Positions 1 through 13,154 of a stretch of DNA of 64,000 bases are shown in pieces. Source of the DNA: an uncultured Candidatus Binatia bacterium (GTDB lineage Bacteria > Desulfobacterota > Binatia > UBA9968 > JAJDTQ01); assembly GCA_964291295.2 (NCBI GenBank), contig OZ219754.1, positions 1,408,001 through 1,472,000 of the forward strand. Direction: 5' to 3'. Under the pieces are notes generated by a model. It was not told where the DNA came from and did not search any database. It was given only the letters and a program-made list of their open reading frames with translations. The position numbers were made by a program, and so were the translations under genes. Every line of letters begins with the position of its first letter. The first letter of the stretch is position 1.

Positions 1-271
1 GGACCCGGCCCTGGGTGACGATCTCGACCTTTTCGATGCGCGGCGAGTGGAGCGGAAAGATGCGTTCCACGCCGACCCCGTACGAAGTCTTGCGAACCAC
101 GAAGGTTTCACGGTTGCCGCTTCCGGAGATGGCGATCACCACGCCTTCGAAGACCTGGATGCGCTCCTTTTCGCCTTCCACGATGCGGACGTGGACGCGG
201 ACCCGCTGTCCGGGCTTGAGCGCGGGCTTTTCCCGAGTCTGCTCCTGTTCGATTCGGTCAATGACGTTCAT
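1..271 (-). CDS. rplS: 50S ribosomal protein L19 (3' end outside window)
   Basis: Manual translation [11 protein letters not shown]...[24 protein letters not shown]...[25 protein letters not shown]; follows trmD. Confidence 0.95.
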   Translation of the reverse strand, partial: MNVIDRIEQEQTREKPALKPGQRVRVHVRIVEGEKERIQVFEGVVIAISGSGNRETFVVRKTSYGVGVERIFPLHSPRIEKVEIVTQGRV

Positions 272-287
272 CCGAGGCTCCCTTCCA

Positions 288-1595
288 TCAACCGTCCGGT
301 ATGAGGTCCGGTTTGCGATCCAGCATGCGATCCAGAATGACGGCGGACGCAGCCGGTATGGAAAGATGGCTGCGGGCGTCCTTTCCCGCGATGGGTTCCA
401 GCACCAGGTCCGACCGGGCGACGACGGCATCCGCCAGACCGAGGCCCGTCTCCGTACCGGCACCCGTGTCCGTGCCTGTACCCAGCAGAATCATGCAGGG
501 GACATCGTCTCTTGATAGCATCTGCCGCATCTTTGCAAAAGTCATCCCGCGGGTTCCGTGACCGGACCGCGCCGAAACCGCCACCAGGCGGGGAGCCTTG
601 CCGCATTCCCGTCGAACGTCTTCCATCGCCGCGTCCAGGTCGGCGCCGGGCCGGACCAGCGCACGGGCTTCCCCGGGGGTATGGTCGCCGGTGCCGCCGC
701 GTTGCCGCGGGTGGATGATCCCGGCCGCCGGCTGCGGCACGCTCCCGGCCAGGTTGACCCGGTAAAGGCCCGCGACCCCGTAGGCGCGGCAGGTGCGCGC
801 GATATCGCGCACGTCGAGGTCGGTGATGGACGAAGCGGCGGCGCCGCCGGGGCGGCCGGAAACCGGACCGTCCAAAAGGACCAGGTAAACGGTTGCCCGC
901 GGCCCCGGCGCCTCGGACGGTGTCTTCGCCAGGAGATCGGGCCGCTGCCGGGCGGTGATCTCGATGCTCATGCGGTGCCGCCACCGGCGAATCTCCTCGT
1001 GGTCGCCCGAGAGCAGGACGTCCGGGACCTTCATGCCGCGGTATTCCGCCGGCCGGGTGTACTGCGGATATTCCAGCAGGCCGTCGGCGAACGAATCTTC
1101 GCGAGCCGACTGCTCGTTGCCCAGAACCCCCGGCACCAGCCGCGCCACCGTGTCGATGACCGCCAGCGCCGCTATCTCGCCCCCGCTCAACATGTAGTCT
1201 CCGATGGAAAGGAGGTCGTCCACATGGGCCACCACCCGCTCGTCGATTCCTTCGTAGCGGCCGCAGACCAGGACAACGGACTCATGGTCCAGCGTCGCCA
1301 CAGCGGCCTGATGGTCGAACACCCTGCCCCGGGGCGAGAGCAGGATCACCTTCGGTGTCCCGAGCCTGCGCCGGCATTCTTCGATGGCTTCGATGAGGGG
1401 CTCGGGTTTCAGCACCATGCCCTGGCCGCCGCCGTAGGGATGGTCGTCGGTGGTGCGGTGTCGGTCCCGGGCATACCGCCGCAGGTCCACCAGGTCGACG
1501 GAGACGAGCTTCCTGTCCCGGGCGCGCTTGAGGATCGTGCTGGAAAGCGGCGACTGGAAGATCTCCGGAAACAGAGTGACAACCGAGAAATGCAT
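288..1595 (-). CDS. trmD: tRNA (guanine-N1)-methyltransferase TrmD fused to a degenerate second SPOUT-like RNA methyltransferase domain
   Basis: [54 protein letters not shown]; C-terminal extension with [12 protein letters not shown] and [14 protein letters not shown]. Confidence 0.92.
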   Translation of the reverse strand: MHFSVVTLFPEIFQSPLSSTILKRARDRKLVSVDLVDLRRYARDRHRTTDDHPYGGGQGMVLKPEPLIEAIEECRRRLGTPKVILLSPRGRVFDHQAAVATLDHESVVLVCGRYEGIDERVVAHVDDLLSIGDYMLSGGEIAALAVIDTVARLVPGVLGNEQSAREDSFADGLLEYPQYTRPAEYRGMKVPDVLLSGDHEEIRRWRHRMSIEITARQRPDLLAKTPSEAPGPRATVYLVLLDGPVSGRPGGAAASSITDLDVRDIARTCRAYGVAGLYRVNLAGSVPQPAAGIIHPRQRGGTGDHTPGEARALVRPGADLDAAMEDVRRECGKAPRLVAVSARSGHGTRGMTFAKMRQMLSRDDVPCMILLGTGTDTGAGTETGLGLADAVVARSDLVLEPIAGKDARSHLSIPAASAVILDRMLDRKPDLIPDG

Positions 1596-1675
1596 GGTGG
1601 GGTATGGGCATGACGGGCGATTGGGCATGACGGGCGCTTCGCGGCCCCCCGGCGTATCCGTGTCCGAACCCGGCT

Positions 1676-2188
1676 CTACAATTCCAGCAGCCCCTCGGGC
1701 GGGTCGATGGTGACGGTGCGCCGCGCTACGTCGATCTCGCGGACGAATTCCCTGACCGCGGGAACCAAGTGCTCTTTTTCCGGCGTTGCCACCACCAGCA
1801 GGTCGCCGCCCTGGGTGGGCCACACCCGGGCGATGGTGCCGATGCGACACCCCCGGGCGTCCCGGACCTCGAACCCCAGCACCTCCTCGTAGTAGTACTC
1901 GGACCCGCTCAAGGGTGCCAGGGCGTCCTGACGCGCGGAAACGCGGCAGCCCACCAGCCCCTGCGCCGCCTCCCTGTCGTCGATGCCCTCAAGCTTCAGG
2001 AGAGCGAGTCGCTTGTGTGGCCTGGCTTCCCGGACGCGGAGCGTCCGGCGGGTCTCGCCGCGGGCGAGGTCCACCTCCCGGGTCGAATAGACGGTTGAGC
2101 CTTCCGGGTTGAACAGTTTCAGCCGCAGCCAGCCGGCGACGCCGTGCGCGGCCACGATGTCGCCCAGGGCGATCCGGATGTCAGGCAA
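1676..2188 (-). CDS. rimM: 16S rRNA processing protein RimM (start uncertain)
   Basis: GDIVAAHGVAGWL, EYYYEEVLGFEV, HLVPAVREFVREID; operon position. Confidence 0.9.
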   Translation of the reverse strand: MPDIRIALGDIVAAHGVAGWLRLKLFNPEGSTVYSTREVDLARGETRRTLRVREARPHKRLALLKLEGIDDREAAQGLVGCRVSARQDALAPLSGSEYYYEEVLGFEVRDARGCRIGTIARVWPTQGGDLLVVATPEKEHLVPAVREFVREIDVARRTVTIDPPEGLLEL

Positions 2189-2196
2189 GGGAAAAG

Positions 2197-2433
2197 CTAT
2201 GGCTCGTCGATGATCTCCAGGACCACCTTCCGGTGGACCCTGGCGGCGGCCGCGTTCAGGATCGTGCGGAGGGACTTGACGGTGCGCCCCTGTCTGCCGA
2301 TGATTCGACCAAGGTCCTCCCTGGCGACCTTGATCTCCACCACGGATGCGTCATCGTCCTGTCTTTCCGTGACCTCCACGGCATCGGGCTGGTTCACGAT
2401 GGACTGCGCAAGATACTGTGCCAGTTCCTTCAA
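2197..2433 (-). CDS. khpA: KH-domain RNA-binding protein (KhpA/YlqC family)
   Basis: DLGRIIGRQGRTVKSLRTIL; between rpsP and rimM. Confidence 0.9.
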   Translation of the reverse strand: MKELAQYLAQSIVNQPDAVEVTERQDDDASVVEIKVAREDLGRIIGRQGRTVKSLRTILNAAAARVHRKVVLEIIDEP

Positions 2434-2471
2434 GGCACCGGTCTCCTGATCGCCCCCGCCCTGGCGCGCGG

Positions 2472-2738
2472 CTAGCCCTCGGCCGTGGCCGCGTCCGCTT
2501 CCCGCGCCGCCCGCTTGATGAGATTGCGCACGGTCTGCGTCGGTTGCGCTCCCTGCCTGATCCAGCCTTCGACCCTGGTCTGGTCGAGCCGTACCGCGGC
2601 ATCGGGTGTCCGTGGGTCGTAAGTCCCCACCTGCTCGATGAATTTCCCGTCACGGGGATTGCGGGCGTCGGCCACCACGATACGATAGTACGGCCGCTTC
2701 CTGGCACCGTGCCGGCTCAGTCTGATCTTCACGCTCAT
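2472..2738 (-). CDS. rpsP: 30S ribosomal protein S16
   Basis: MSVKIRLSRHGARKRPYYRIVVADARNPRDGKFIEQVGTYDP. Confidence 0.97.
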   Translation of the reverse strand: MSVKIRLSRHGARKRPYYRIVVADARNPRDGKFIEQVGTYDPRTPDAAVRLDQTRVEGWIRQGAQPTQTVRNLIKRAAREADAATAEG

Positions 2739-2777
2739 GGGGTGATCTTCCTTTTCCTGGGTTCCCCAGTTCTTAGT

Positions 2778-4124
2778 TCATTGAAACGGCATTGACAAAC
2801 GGCCCGGCATGCCCCGCCGTTTGCCGCCGGACTTGTTCATGCGCTGAATCATCTTCTTCATTTCCATGAACTGTTTCATGAGGCGGTTGACGTCGGTCAC
2901 GGTGGTGCCGCTGCCCCGGGCGATGCGTTGCCGCCGGCTGCCGTTGAGCAGCGCGGGATTGCGCCGCTCCTTGAGCGTCATGGAGTTGATGATCGCCTCC
3001 ACACGCTTGAGTTCCTTTTCGGTGTTGGCCGTGTCCACCTGCTGGCCCAGCTTCCGTCCTCCGGGCAGCATGTCCAGCAGACCGCCGATGGAGCCCATCT
3101 TCTTGATGGCCTGCATCTGGGTCTGGAAGTCTTCCAGCGTGAACGCGCCCTTGCGCATCCGTTGTTCGAGCTTCGGTGCGGCCTTCCTGTCGACCGCCTG
3201 TTCCGCCTTCTCGATCAGCGACAGCACGTCGCCCATGCCGAGGATTCGCGACGCCATGCGGTCCGGAAAGAAGGGTTCCAGGGCGTCCGCCTTCTCGCCG
3301 ACGCCGACGTAAAGCACCGGCTTGCCCACCACCGCCCGTACCGACAGCGCCGCCCCGCCGCGCGCGTCGCCGTCCATCTTTGTCAGCACCACGCCGGTGA
3401 GACCCAGCGCCTGGTTGAATCCCTGCGCCTGGTTCACGGCGTCCTGTCCGATCATGGCGTCGAGGGTCAGGAGGATGTTCCGCGGCTCCAGCGCGGAGCG
3501 GATTGCCACCAGCTCCCGCATCAGTTCGTCGTCGATGTGGAGCCGCCCCGCGGTATCCACGATCAGCATGTCGCAGAGCCGCTGGTTCGCCTTGTCGAAT
3601 GCGTTACGGCAGATCTCCACCGGCGCCCGGCTGTCGCCCGAGTCGTACACCGGCAGCCCGTGCTCGTCGCACAGCGTGCGCAGCTGTTCCCTGGCGGCCG
3701 GCCGGTACACGTCCGCGGACACCAGAAAGGGGGTCCGTTTCCGCTGCTTCTTCAGGTGCAGCGCCAGCTTGACCGCGGTGCTGGTCTTGCCCGATCCCTG
3801 CAGCCCCACCAGCATCAGGACCACCGGCTGCCGCCCCTTGAGATCCACCTGGGCGGCCTCCCCGCCCAGGATCCTCACCATCTCTTCCCTGACGACCTTG
3901 ATGAGCTGCTGGTCCGGCGTGAGGCTCCGGAGCACATCCTGGCCCAGGGCCTGCGCCCGTACCGACTCCGTGAAGCTCTTGACCACCTTGTAGCTGACGT
4001 CCGCCTCCAGCAGCGCCAGCCGCACCTCGCGCAGCGACTCCGCCACGTTGGCTTCGGTGATCCTGCCGTGGCCCCTCAGCCGCTTGAACGTCTGCTCCAG
4101 CTTGTCGGTGAGATTTTCGAACAT
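2778..4124 (-). CDS. ffh: Signal recognition particle protein Ffh
   Basis: MFENLTDKL, GLQGSGKT, DTAGRL, TKMDGDARGG, Met-rich M domain. Confidence 0.97.
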   Translation of the reverse strand: MFENLTDKLEQTFKRLRGHGRITEANVAESLREVRLALLEADVSYKVVKSFTESVRAQALGQDVLRSLTPDQQLIKVVREEMVRILGGEAAQVDLKGRQPVVLMLVGLQGSGKTSTAVKLALHLKKQRKRTPFLVSADVYRPAAREQLRTLCDEHGLPVYDSGDSRAPVEICRNAFDKANQRLCDMLIVDTAGRLHIDDELMRELVAIRSALEPRNILLTLDAMIGQDAVNQAQGFNQALGLTGVVLTKMDGDARGGAALSVRAVVGKPVLYVGVGEKADALEPFFPDRMASRILGMGDVLSLIEKAEQAVDRKAAPKLEQRMRKGAFTLEDFQTQMQAIKKMGSIGGLLDMLPGGRKLGQQVDTANTEKELKRVEAIINSMTLKERRNPALLNGSRRQRIARGSGTTVTDVNRLMKQFMEMKKMIQRMNKSGGKRRGMPGRLSMPFQ

Positions 4125-4211
4125 GACAACCAAACTGTCTGACGGGATATTTGTCTGATGGGATATTCCGAACCGACAGGATAACAATATCGTGCGCCTG
4201 TCTCAACAACG

Positions 4212-4255
4212 AAAAAAGGGTCCGGAGCCTCTCTTCGGAGACACTCCGGACCCTT
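4212..4255 (-). terminator. Rho-independent terminator of groESL
   Basis: AAGGGTCCGGAG...CTCCGGACCCTT stem with an A run on the + strand (U tail on -), just after the groEL stop. Confidence 0.85.
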
Positions 4256-4274
4256 GATCCGCCGGAACGGCACG

Positions 4275-7451
<3,177 letters not shown>

Positions 7452-7452
<1 letters not shown>

Positions 7453-8618
7453 TGCGGCCGGACGCTCTTGACGAGACCTGTCGCCGCGGGGTGGCGGCGG
7501 GAGCCTTTCCGGGCGCCGTGGTGCTGGCAGGCAACGGCGGGGACATCCTTGTCCATCGCGCCTTCGGGAGCCGCGCCCTGGTGCCCGAGCGCCTTCCCAT
7601 GACGCCCGACACCGTGTTCGACCTCGCTTCCCTCACCAAGCCTCTGGCCACCGCCACGGCCATGATGCTGCTGGTACGGGACGGCCGTGTGCGGCTGGAC
7701 GACGCGGTGTGCACGGTCATTCCCGAGTTCCGCGCCGGGGCCAGGACGGCGGTGACGTTCCGCCAGCTTCTGAACCATACTTCCGGCCTTCCGGCCTGGA
7801 AACCCTGTTACGAGACCGGCGCGGCCGCGAAAACCGGAATCCGGGGGCGGGGCGCCGCCGTCGTGCCTGCGCCGGAGAGCGCAGGGAAGCGGAGCGCCGC
7901 CGCGGCGGCGGGCAAGACCGGCTGCCTTCAACGGATCCACGACGAGGCGCTGCTGGCCCCGCCGGGTGCCGCGGCCCTTTACAGCGACCTGGGCTTCATC
8001 CTCCTGGGGGAGGCCGTCGAGAGGCTGAGCGGCACGCCGCTGGACCGGTTCTGCCGCAGCGAGATCTTCGCGCCCATGCGGCTCGCGTCGACGTTCTTCG
8101 TAGACCTGACCGGGTGCGCCGGCGTGCCGGCGGCGCCTCCCGCCGTCGCCGCCACCGAGCACTGCCCCCGGCGCGGGAAGGTCCTCTGCGGCGAGGTCCA
8201 CGACGACAACGCCCATTTCATGGGCGGCGTCGCGGGACATGCCGGGGTGTTTTCGTCGGCCCCGGACATTCATCGCTTCATCCGGTTCATGGGCCGCTGC
8301 CGCGCCGGCGCCGAGCCGGACTTCCTCCCCGCGGCGGTGGTGCGCCAGTTCCTGGAGGCGGAGCGGCCGCTGCCGGGACAGACCCATGTGCTGGGCTGGG
8401 ATACCCCTTCGCCGGAAGGTTCCGCCAGCGGCCGCTGCTTCTCCGCCCGCACCGTGGGCCACCTGGGTTTCACCGGCACCTCCATCTGGTGGGATCTGGA
8501 GCGGGACATCCACGTCGTGTTCCTCACCAACCGGGTGCACCCGTCGCGGGACAATCCGGCCATCCGGGAGTTCCGCCCGCTGGTGCACGACGCGGTCATG
8601 GAGGGCCTGTTGTCATGA
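7452..8618 (+). CDS. Serine hydrolase, beta-lactamase/AmpC-like family
   Basis: FDLASLTK (SxxK), LLNHTSG, YSDLGF, GHAGVFS, GHLGFTGT. Confidence 0.85.
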
Positions 8619-10084
8619 GTGCGGAGCTGAGTCCCGGCGCGCACGTCCATTTCGTGGCCGTTTGCGGCGTCGGCACAGGCTCCCTGGCCGGGCTGCTGCG
8701 GCAGCGGGGCTATCGGGTCACCGGGTCGGACGAGAATGTCTACCCTCCCATGAGCACATTTCTGGCGGCTGCCGGCATCGACATGATGCCGGGCTTCAGC
8801 GAGGATCACCTGGGCGAGGGTCCGGACCTGGTGGTCATCGGCAATGCCGTCTCGCGGGGGAACCCCGAGGCGGAAGCGGTGCTGCGGCGCGGCATCCCCT
8901 ACCTGTCGCTGCCGCAGGCCCTCGGCCGGTTCCTCGTCGACGGCAGGCATGCGCTGGTGGTGGCCGGAACCCACGGCAAGACCACCACGAGCTCGTTGAT
9001 GGCGTGGGTGCTGGTGAGCGCCGGGCTGGAGCCGGGTTTCTTCATCGGCGGCATCCCGGTGAACTTCGGCAGCGGGTTCCGCTCCGGTGCGGGTTCCTGG
9101 GTGGTCATGGAGGGAGACGAATACGACAGCGCCTTCTTCGACAAGGGGCCGAAATTTCTCCACTACCAGCCGGAGCACGTCATCCTCACGAGCCTGGAGT
9201 TCGACCATGCCGACATCTATCGGGACCTGGACCATGTAAAGGACGCCTTCCGCCGCCTGGTGGAGATCATTCCATCCGGCGGCCGCCTGCTGGTGTGTGA
9301 CGAGGCCGCCGAGGCCGTGGAGCTGTCGGGCCGGGCGCCCTGTCCGGTGCGGTTCTACGGCCTGGGCGGGTCGGCCCACTGGCAGGCCCGCGATGTGCGT
9401 GCCGGGAACGCGGGGATGGCCTTCACCGCGTGCTACCGGGGTGCGGTGGAGTGTCCGCTGGAGGTTCCGCTGATGGGCCGCCACAACGTCCGGAACGCGC
9501 TTGCGGTCTATGCCGCGGCGAGGGAACTCGGGGTGAGCCCGGCCGCCATCCGTTCGGCCATGGCGACCTTCCGCGGGGTGCGGCGGCGCCAGGAGATCGT
9601 CGGCCAGGCGGCCGGTGTCCTGGTCATCGACGACTTCGCCCACCATCCCACCGCGGTGGCGGACACCATTGCGGCGGTTCGAGAGGCCTGGCCCTCGCGG
9701 CGGTTGTGGGCGCTTTTCGAGCCCCGCAGTCAGACCAGCCGGAGACGGGTCTTTCTGACACGGTTCGCCCGCGCCCTGGCCGGGGCCGACCGTGTTGTTC
9801 TCCCCGACCTCTACCATGGAGAGAAGATCCCCGAAGAGGAACGCCTCTCGCCCGCGGAACTGGTGGACCTTGTCAACCGCCAGCGGGGTGACCGGGCGGC
9901 CCGCCATCTGCCCGGAGTCGGGGATATCGCGGAGACCGTCGTCCGCGAGGTCGTGGAGCGGGACATCGTGCTGGTGATGTCCAACGGCAGTTTCGGCGGT
10001 CTGCCCGAAAAGATCGTGGCCGGACTCCGGCGGCGGGAAACCTCCGGCAGCGGAAAACTTGACTTGCCCGGGGCCGTTGACTAG
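8615..10084 (+). CDS. mpl: Murein peptide ligase Mpl
   Basis: VYPPMS, GTHGKTTTSS, EGDEYDSAFFDKGPKF, DDFAHHPTA, FEPRS, MSNGSFGG. Confidence 0.9.
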   Translation: MSAELSPGAHVHFVAVCGVGTGSLAGLLRQRGYRVTGSDENVYPPMSTFLAAAGIDMMPGFSEDHLGEGPDLVVIGNAVSRGNPEAEAVLRRGIPYLSLPQALGRFLVDGRHALVVAGTHGKTTTSSLMAWVLVSAGLEPGFFIGGIPVNFGSGFRSGAGSWVVMEGDEYDSAFFDKGPKFLHYQPEHVILTSLEFDHADIYRDLDHVKDAFRRLVEIIPSGGRLLVCDEAAEAVELSGRAPCPVRFYGLGGSAHWQARDVRAGNAGMAFTACYRGAVECPLEVPLMGRHNVRNALAVYAAARELGVSPAAIRSAMATFRGVRRRQEIVGQAAGVLVIDDFAHHPTAVADTIAAVREAWPSRRLWALFEPRSQTSRRRVFLTRFARALAGADRVVLPDLYHGEKIPEEERLSPAELVDLVNRQRGDRAARHLPGVGDIAETVVREVVERDIVLVMSNGSFGGLPEKIVAGLRRRETSGSGKLDLPGAVD

Positions 10085-10094
10085 ACTCGGTGAT

Positions 10095-10436
10095 GTGGAA
10101 AGTGAAGAGAGCCTGCTTCGTCTGACCGACGCCGCCATCGCGCACATCAAGAAGATCCGCGAACGGGAGAAGCTCGCCGATCAGGGCCTGCGGGTGTCCG
10201 TGGCTCCCGGAGGATGCTCCGGCTACTCCTACAAGCTGGACTTCGACAACGGCCCCGGCCCGGAGGACGTGGTGCTCGAGATGGGGGGCCTGCAGGTATA
10301 CGTCGGGAAACCGATCCTGCAGCAACTTGAGGGGACGGTCATCGACTACGTGAGCGAGTTGCAGGGCGCCAGCTTTCGCTTCTCCAATCCCAATGCCACG
10401 GGCACCTGCGGGTGCGGCACTTCCTTTTCGGCGTAG
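10095..10436 (+). CDS. A-type Fe-S cluster carrier (IscA/ErpA/HesB family)
   Basis: GGCSGYSY and CGCGTSFS motifs. Confidence 0.92.
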   Translation: MESEESLLRLTDAAIAHIKKIREREKLADQGLRVSVAPGGCSGYSYKLDFDNGPGPEDVVLEMGGLQVYVGKPILQQLEGTVIDYVSELQGASFRFSNPNATGTCGCGTSFSA

Positions 10437-10488
10437 CGGCCCGCCGCGTCTCTTTTGACCAAGTCCACTCTTCGCCGAGGTCATCACC

Positions 10489-11538
10489 TTGAAAGCGGTC
10501 CGGATTCACGAGTACGGGGGGACGGACAAGCTCCGTTACGAGGATGCTCCCGATCCGGCCCTGCGGTCACCGGGGGACGTGATCGTGCGTCTGCGGGCGG
10601 CCTCCCTGAATCACATCGACCTGTGGAACCGCAAGGGGCTGACCGGCATGAAGGTGGAGTTTCCCCACATCCTGGGCGCCGACGGCGCGGGCGTGGTGGA
10701 AGAGGTGGGGAGCGAGGTGACCCAGTGCCGGCAGGGCGACGAGGTCTGCCTCTATCCGCCGGTAGGTTGCGGCGCCTGCGAGTTCTGCCGCACCTCCCGG
10801 GACTACATGTGCGTCCGGTTGCGCGTCCTGGGCGAGGGGATGCAGGGATCGTACGCCGAATACGTGGCCGTCCCCGGGGCCAACTGCTTTCCCATACCCC
10901 CGGGCTACGGGTTCGAGGCGGCGGCGGCGTTCCCGCTGGTATTCATTACGGTGTGGCGCATGCTGGTGACCAATGCCGGACTCGCCCCCGGGGAGAAAGT
11001 GCTGATCCTGGGCATTGGCGGCGGTGTGGCCATGGCGGCGCTGCAGATCGCCAAGGCCATGAACAGCTGGGTGGCGGTGACCTCGAGCAGCGACGAGAAG
11101 CTCGAAAAGGCTCGCGGCATGGGGGCCGATTTCGGTCTCAATTACACCCGGTGCGACTTTGCCCGGGAGATCCGCGAAGTGACCGCCAAACGGGGGGTGG
11201 ATGTCGTGGTAGACTGCGTGGGCGGCGAAAGCTGGGCCAGGAGTCTCGCGGCCCTGGTCAAGGGAGGACGGTTGGTAACCTGCGGCGCCACCACCGGGGC
11301 CACGCCGCCGACGGACATTCGGCGGATCTTCTGGAACCACCTCCGCATCTTCGGGTCCACTCTGGGCAGTCGCGAAGAGTTCGAGCAGGTGCTGCGGTTC
11401 GTCGAAGCGTCGGGGGTCAAGCCGGTGATCGACCGCACCTACCCGCTGGCCGAGGCGGCCGCGGCCCAGACAAGGCTTGAAACCGGGCAACAGTCGGGCA
11501 AGATCGTTCTGCTTCCAGGTCAGGAAAGATCTGGATGA
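10489..11538 (+). CDS. Zinc-binding medium-chain dehydrogenase/quinone oxidoreductase
   Basis: PHILGADGAG, CGACEFC...C structural Zn site, GIGGGV Rossmann motif, GKIVL. Confidence 0.88.
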   Translation: MKAVRIHEYGGTDKLRYEDAPDPALRSPGDVIVRLRAASLNHIDLWNRKGLTGMKVEFPHILGADGAGVVEEVGSEVTQCRQGDEVCLYPPVGCGACEFCRTSRDYMCVRLRVLGEGMQGSYAEYVAVPGANCFPIPPGYGFEAAAAFPLVFITVWRMLVTNAGLAPGEKVLILGIGGGVAMAALQIAKAMNSWVAVTSSSDEKLEKARGMGADFGLNYTRCDFAREIREVTAKRGVDVVVDCVGGESWARSLAALVKGGRLVTCGATTGATPPTDIRRIFWNHLRIFGSTLGSREEFEQVLRFVEASGVKPVIDRTYPLAEAAAAQTRLETGQQSGKIVLLPGQERSG

Positions 11539-11711
11539 CCCCGGGTTCGCCCGGGCTGAATCCATGGGATCAAGAGGTTGCGGGCAGTTCCCGGTGGCGC
11601 CGTCGCAGCTGTGGCGGCGCCACCGCCCTTGTCTGCGACACGCGGCCGCGATACATGGCCGCGATATATCCTCGTATATCTCGCCGCGCCATCGCCTTTT
11701 TCGACCCTTCC
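11524..11711. mobile_element. Degenerate IS5-type MITE (longer relative of 23702-23800)
   Basis: Left end GAAAGATCTGGATGACCCCGGGTTCGCCCGGGCTGAATC and right end CGCGCCATCGCCTTTTTCGACCCTTCC match both ends of the 23.7 kb element. Confidence 0.5.
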
Positions 11712-11794
11712 CTGGTGGTGATGGACCGGGCGGGAGAGGCCGCCGGCGCGCCTTGGGCGCGGGCAGGGAGACGAGGCCGGCGCAAGGCGGTCCC

Positions 11795-12385
11795 ATGCGC
11801 ATCATCGGCGGGGCAGCGAGGGGGAGAACCATCAGGGCGCCCAGGGGGGGCGCCATCCGCCCCACGGCCGACCGGGTCCGGGAGGCATTGTTCAACATTC
11901 TCCCCCTGGACTTGTCCGGCCGGCGGGTGCTGGATCTTTTTGCCGGCAGCGGGAGCCTGTCGCTGGAGGCCTTGAGCCGAGGGGCGGCAGCGGTGCTGTT
12001 GGTGGACGAATCGGCGGCCGCGGCCGACCTGATTCGGGGGAATCTGGAAACGCTCGGTTTCACGGACCGGGCGCGGGTTCTGGAGATGCCCGCGGGCAGG
12101 GCCCTGAGCCGATTGGCGGGCGAGGGCGCGGCCTATGACGCGATTTTTCTGGATCCTCCCTACGACGGTGGCTGGGTGAACCGGACAATGGCCCGGGTCT
12201 CTCAAGCGGGAATACTCCATGCGGGGGGCGTCGCCGTGGCGGAGCACAGCGTGCGGGAAAGAGTCGAAGAAAGATACGGCGCGCTGGCGCGCCGTGACCG
12301 GCGGCGTTACGGTGGCACGGTCTTGTCCTTCTTCGGACGCGAGAACCAGGATCGGGTTTTTTTCACATGGCGGAAATCAGCGTAG
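11795..12385 (+). CDS. rsmD: 16S rRNA m2G966 methyltransferase RsmD
   Basis: MRIIGG, RPTADRVREALFN, LDLFAGSG, FLDPPY; upstream of coaD. Confidence 0.92.
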   Translation: MRIIGGAARGRTIRAPRGGAIRPTADRVREALFNILPLDLSGRRVLDLFAGSGSLSLEALSRGAAAVLLVDESAAAADLIRGNLETLGFTDRARVLEMPAGRALSRLAGEGAAYDAIFLDPPYDGGWVNRTMARVSQAGILHAGGVAVAEHSVRERVEERYGALARRDRRRYGGTVLSFFGRENQDRVFFTWRKSA

Positions 12386-12861
12386 CGGTCTATCCCGGCT
12401 CCTTCGACCCCATCACCAACGGCCACATCGACCTGGTGTCGCGAACCCTTCGGATCTTCGACCAGGTCATCATCGCCATCGCGCGCAACCAGGACAAGGG
12501 ACGCGCCCTCTTTTCGGTGGAAGAACGCATGGCCACCGTGCGAAAGGTCTTCGAGGGCGAGGACCGGGTGCGCGTGGACAGCTTCGAGGGTTTGCTCGTG
12601 GACTACGCCGAGTCGGTTTCGGCCAAGGTGGTCATCCGGGGCCTGCGGGCGGTCTCGGATTTCGAGTACGAGTTCCAGATGGCGACGATGAACCGGCGGA
12701 TCAAGCCGAACCTCGAGATCTTCTTCATGATGACCGGCGAGTCGTCCTTCTACATCAGTTCCCGTCTGGTCAAGGAGGTGTGCGAACTGGGCGGCGACGT
12801 GACCGCGTTCGTCCCCGAAGTCGTCATCGGACAGCTGCGCGAGAAGTTCCTCCTGCCGTAG
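12367..12861 (+). CDS. coaD: Phosphopantetheine adenylyltransferase
   Basis: YPGSFDPITNGHID, RGLRAVSDFEYE, ISSRLVKE. Confidence 0.97.
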   Translation: MAEISVAVYPGSFDPITNGHIDLVSRTLRIFDQVIIAIARNQDKGRALFSVEERMATVRKVFEGEDRVRVDSFEGLLVDYAESVSAKVVIRGLRAVSDFEYEFQMATMNRRIKPNLEIFFMMTGESSFYISSRLVKEVCELGGDVTAFVPEVVIGQLREKFLLP

Positions 12862-12883
12862 GAGTCATCGCCCCGGTTACCGG

Positions 12884-12912
12884 TTGACACCGGCGTGCCG
12901 GCGGTATACAAC
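12884..12912 (+). promoter_or_regulatory. Putative sigma70 promoter of tRNA-Met
   Basis: TTGACA-17 nt-TACAAC directly upstream of the tRNA. Confidence 0.6.
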
Positions 12913-12917
12913 GGTCC

Positions 12918-12994
12918 TGCGGGGTGGAGCAGCCCGGTAGCTCGCAAGGCTCATAACCTTGAGGTCGGTGGTTCAAATCCACCCCCCGCAACCA
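12918..12994 (+). tRNA. tRNA-Met(CAT), initiator-like
   Basis: TGCGGGGTGGAGCAGCCCGGTAGCTCG-CAAGG-CTCATAA-CCTTG-AGGTC-GGTGGTTCAAATCCACC-CCCCGCAACCA cloverleaf with encoded CCA. Confidence 0.95.
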
Positions 12995-13154
12995 CTTTCG
13001 TTACAACTCCGCAGAACAACGTCATAGGGTCCCGGATATGACAGTCATTCAGGCCGCCGCCCCGGCGGCCTTTGCTGTCGTGTGCTCAGCATGGGCGTTC
13101 TCGCACTTCAAGCCCCTCTTCCATGTACGGGCCGCCATCGGGCGCAAGGACCGG

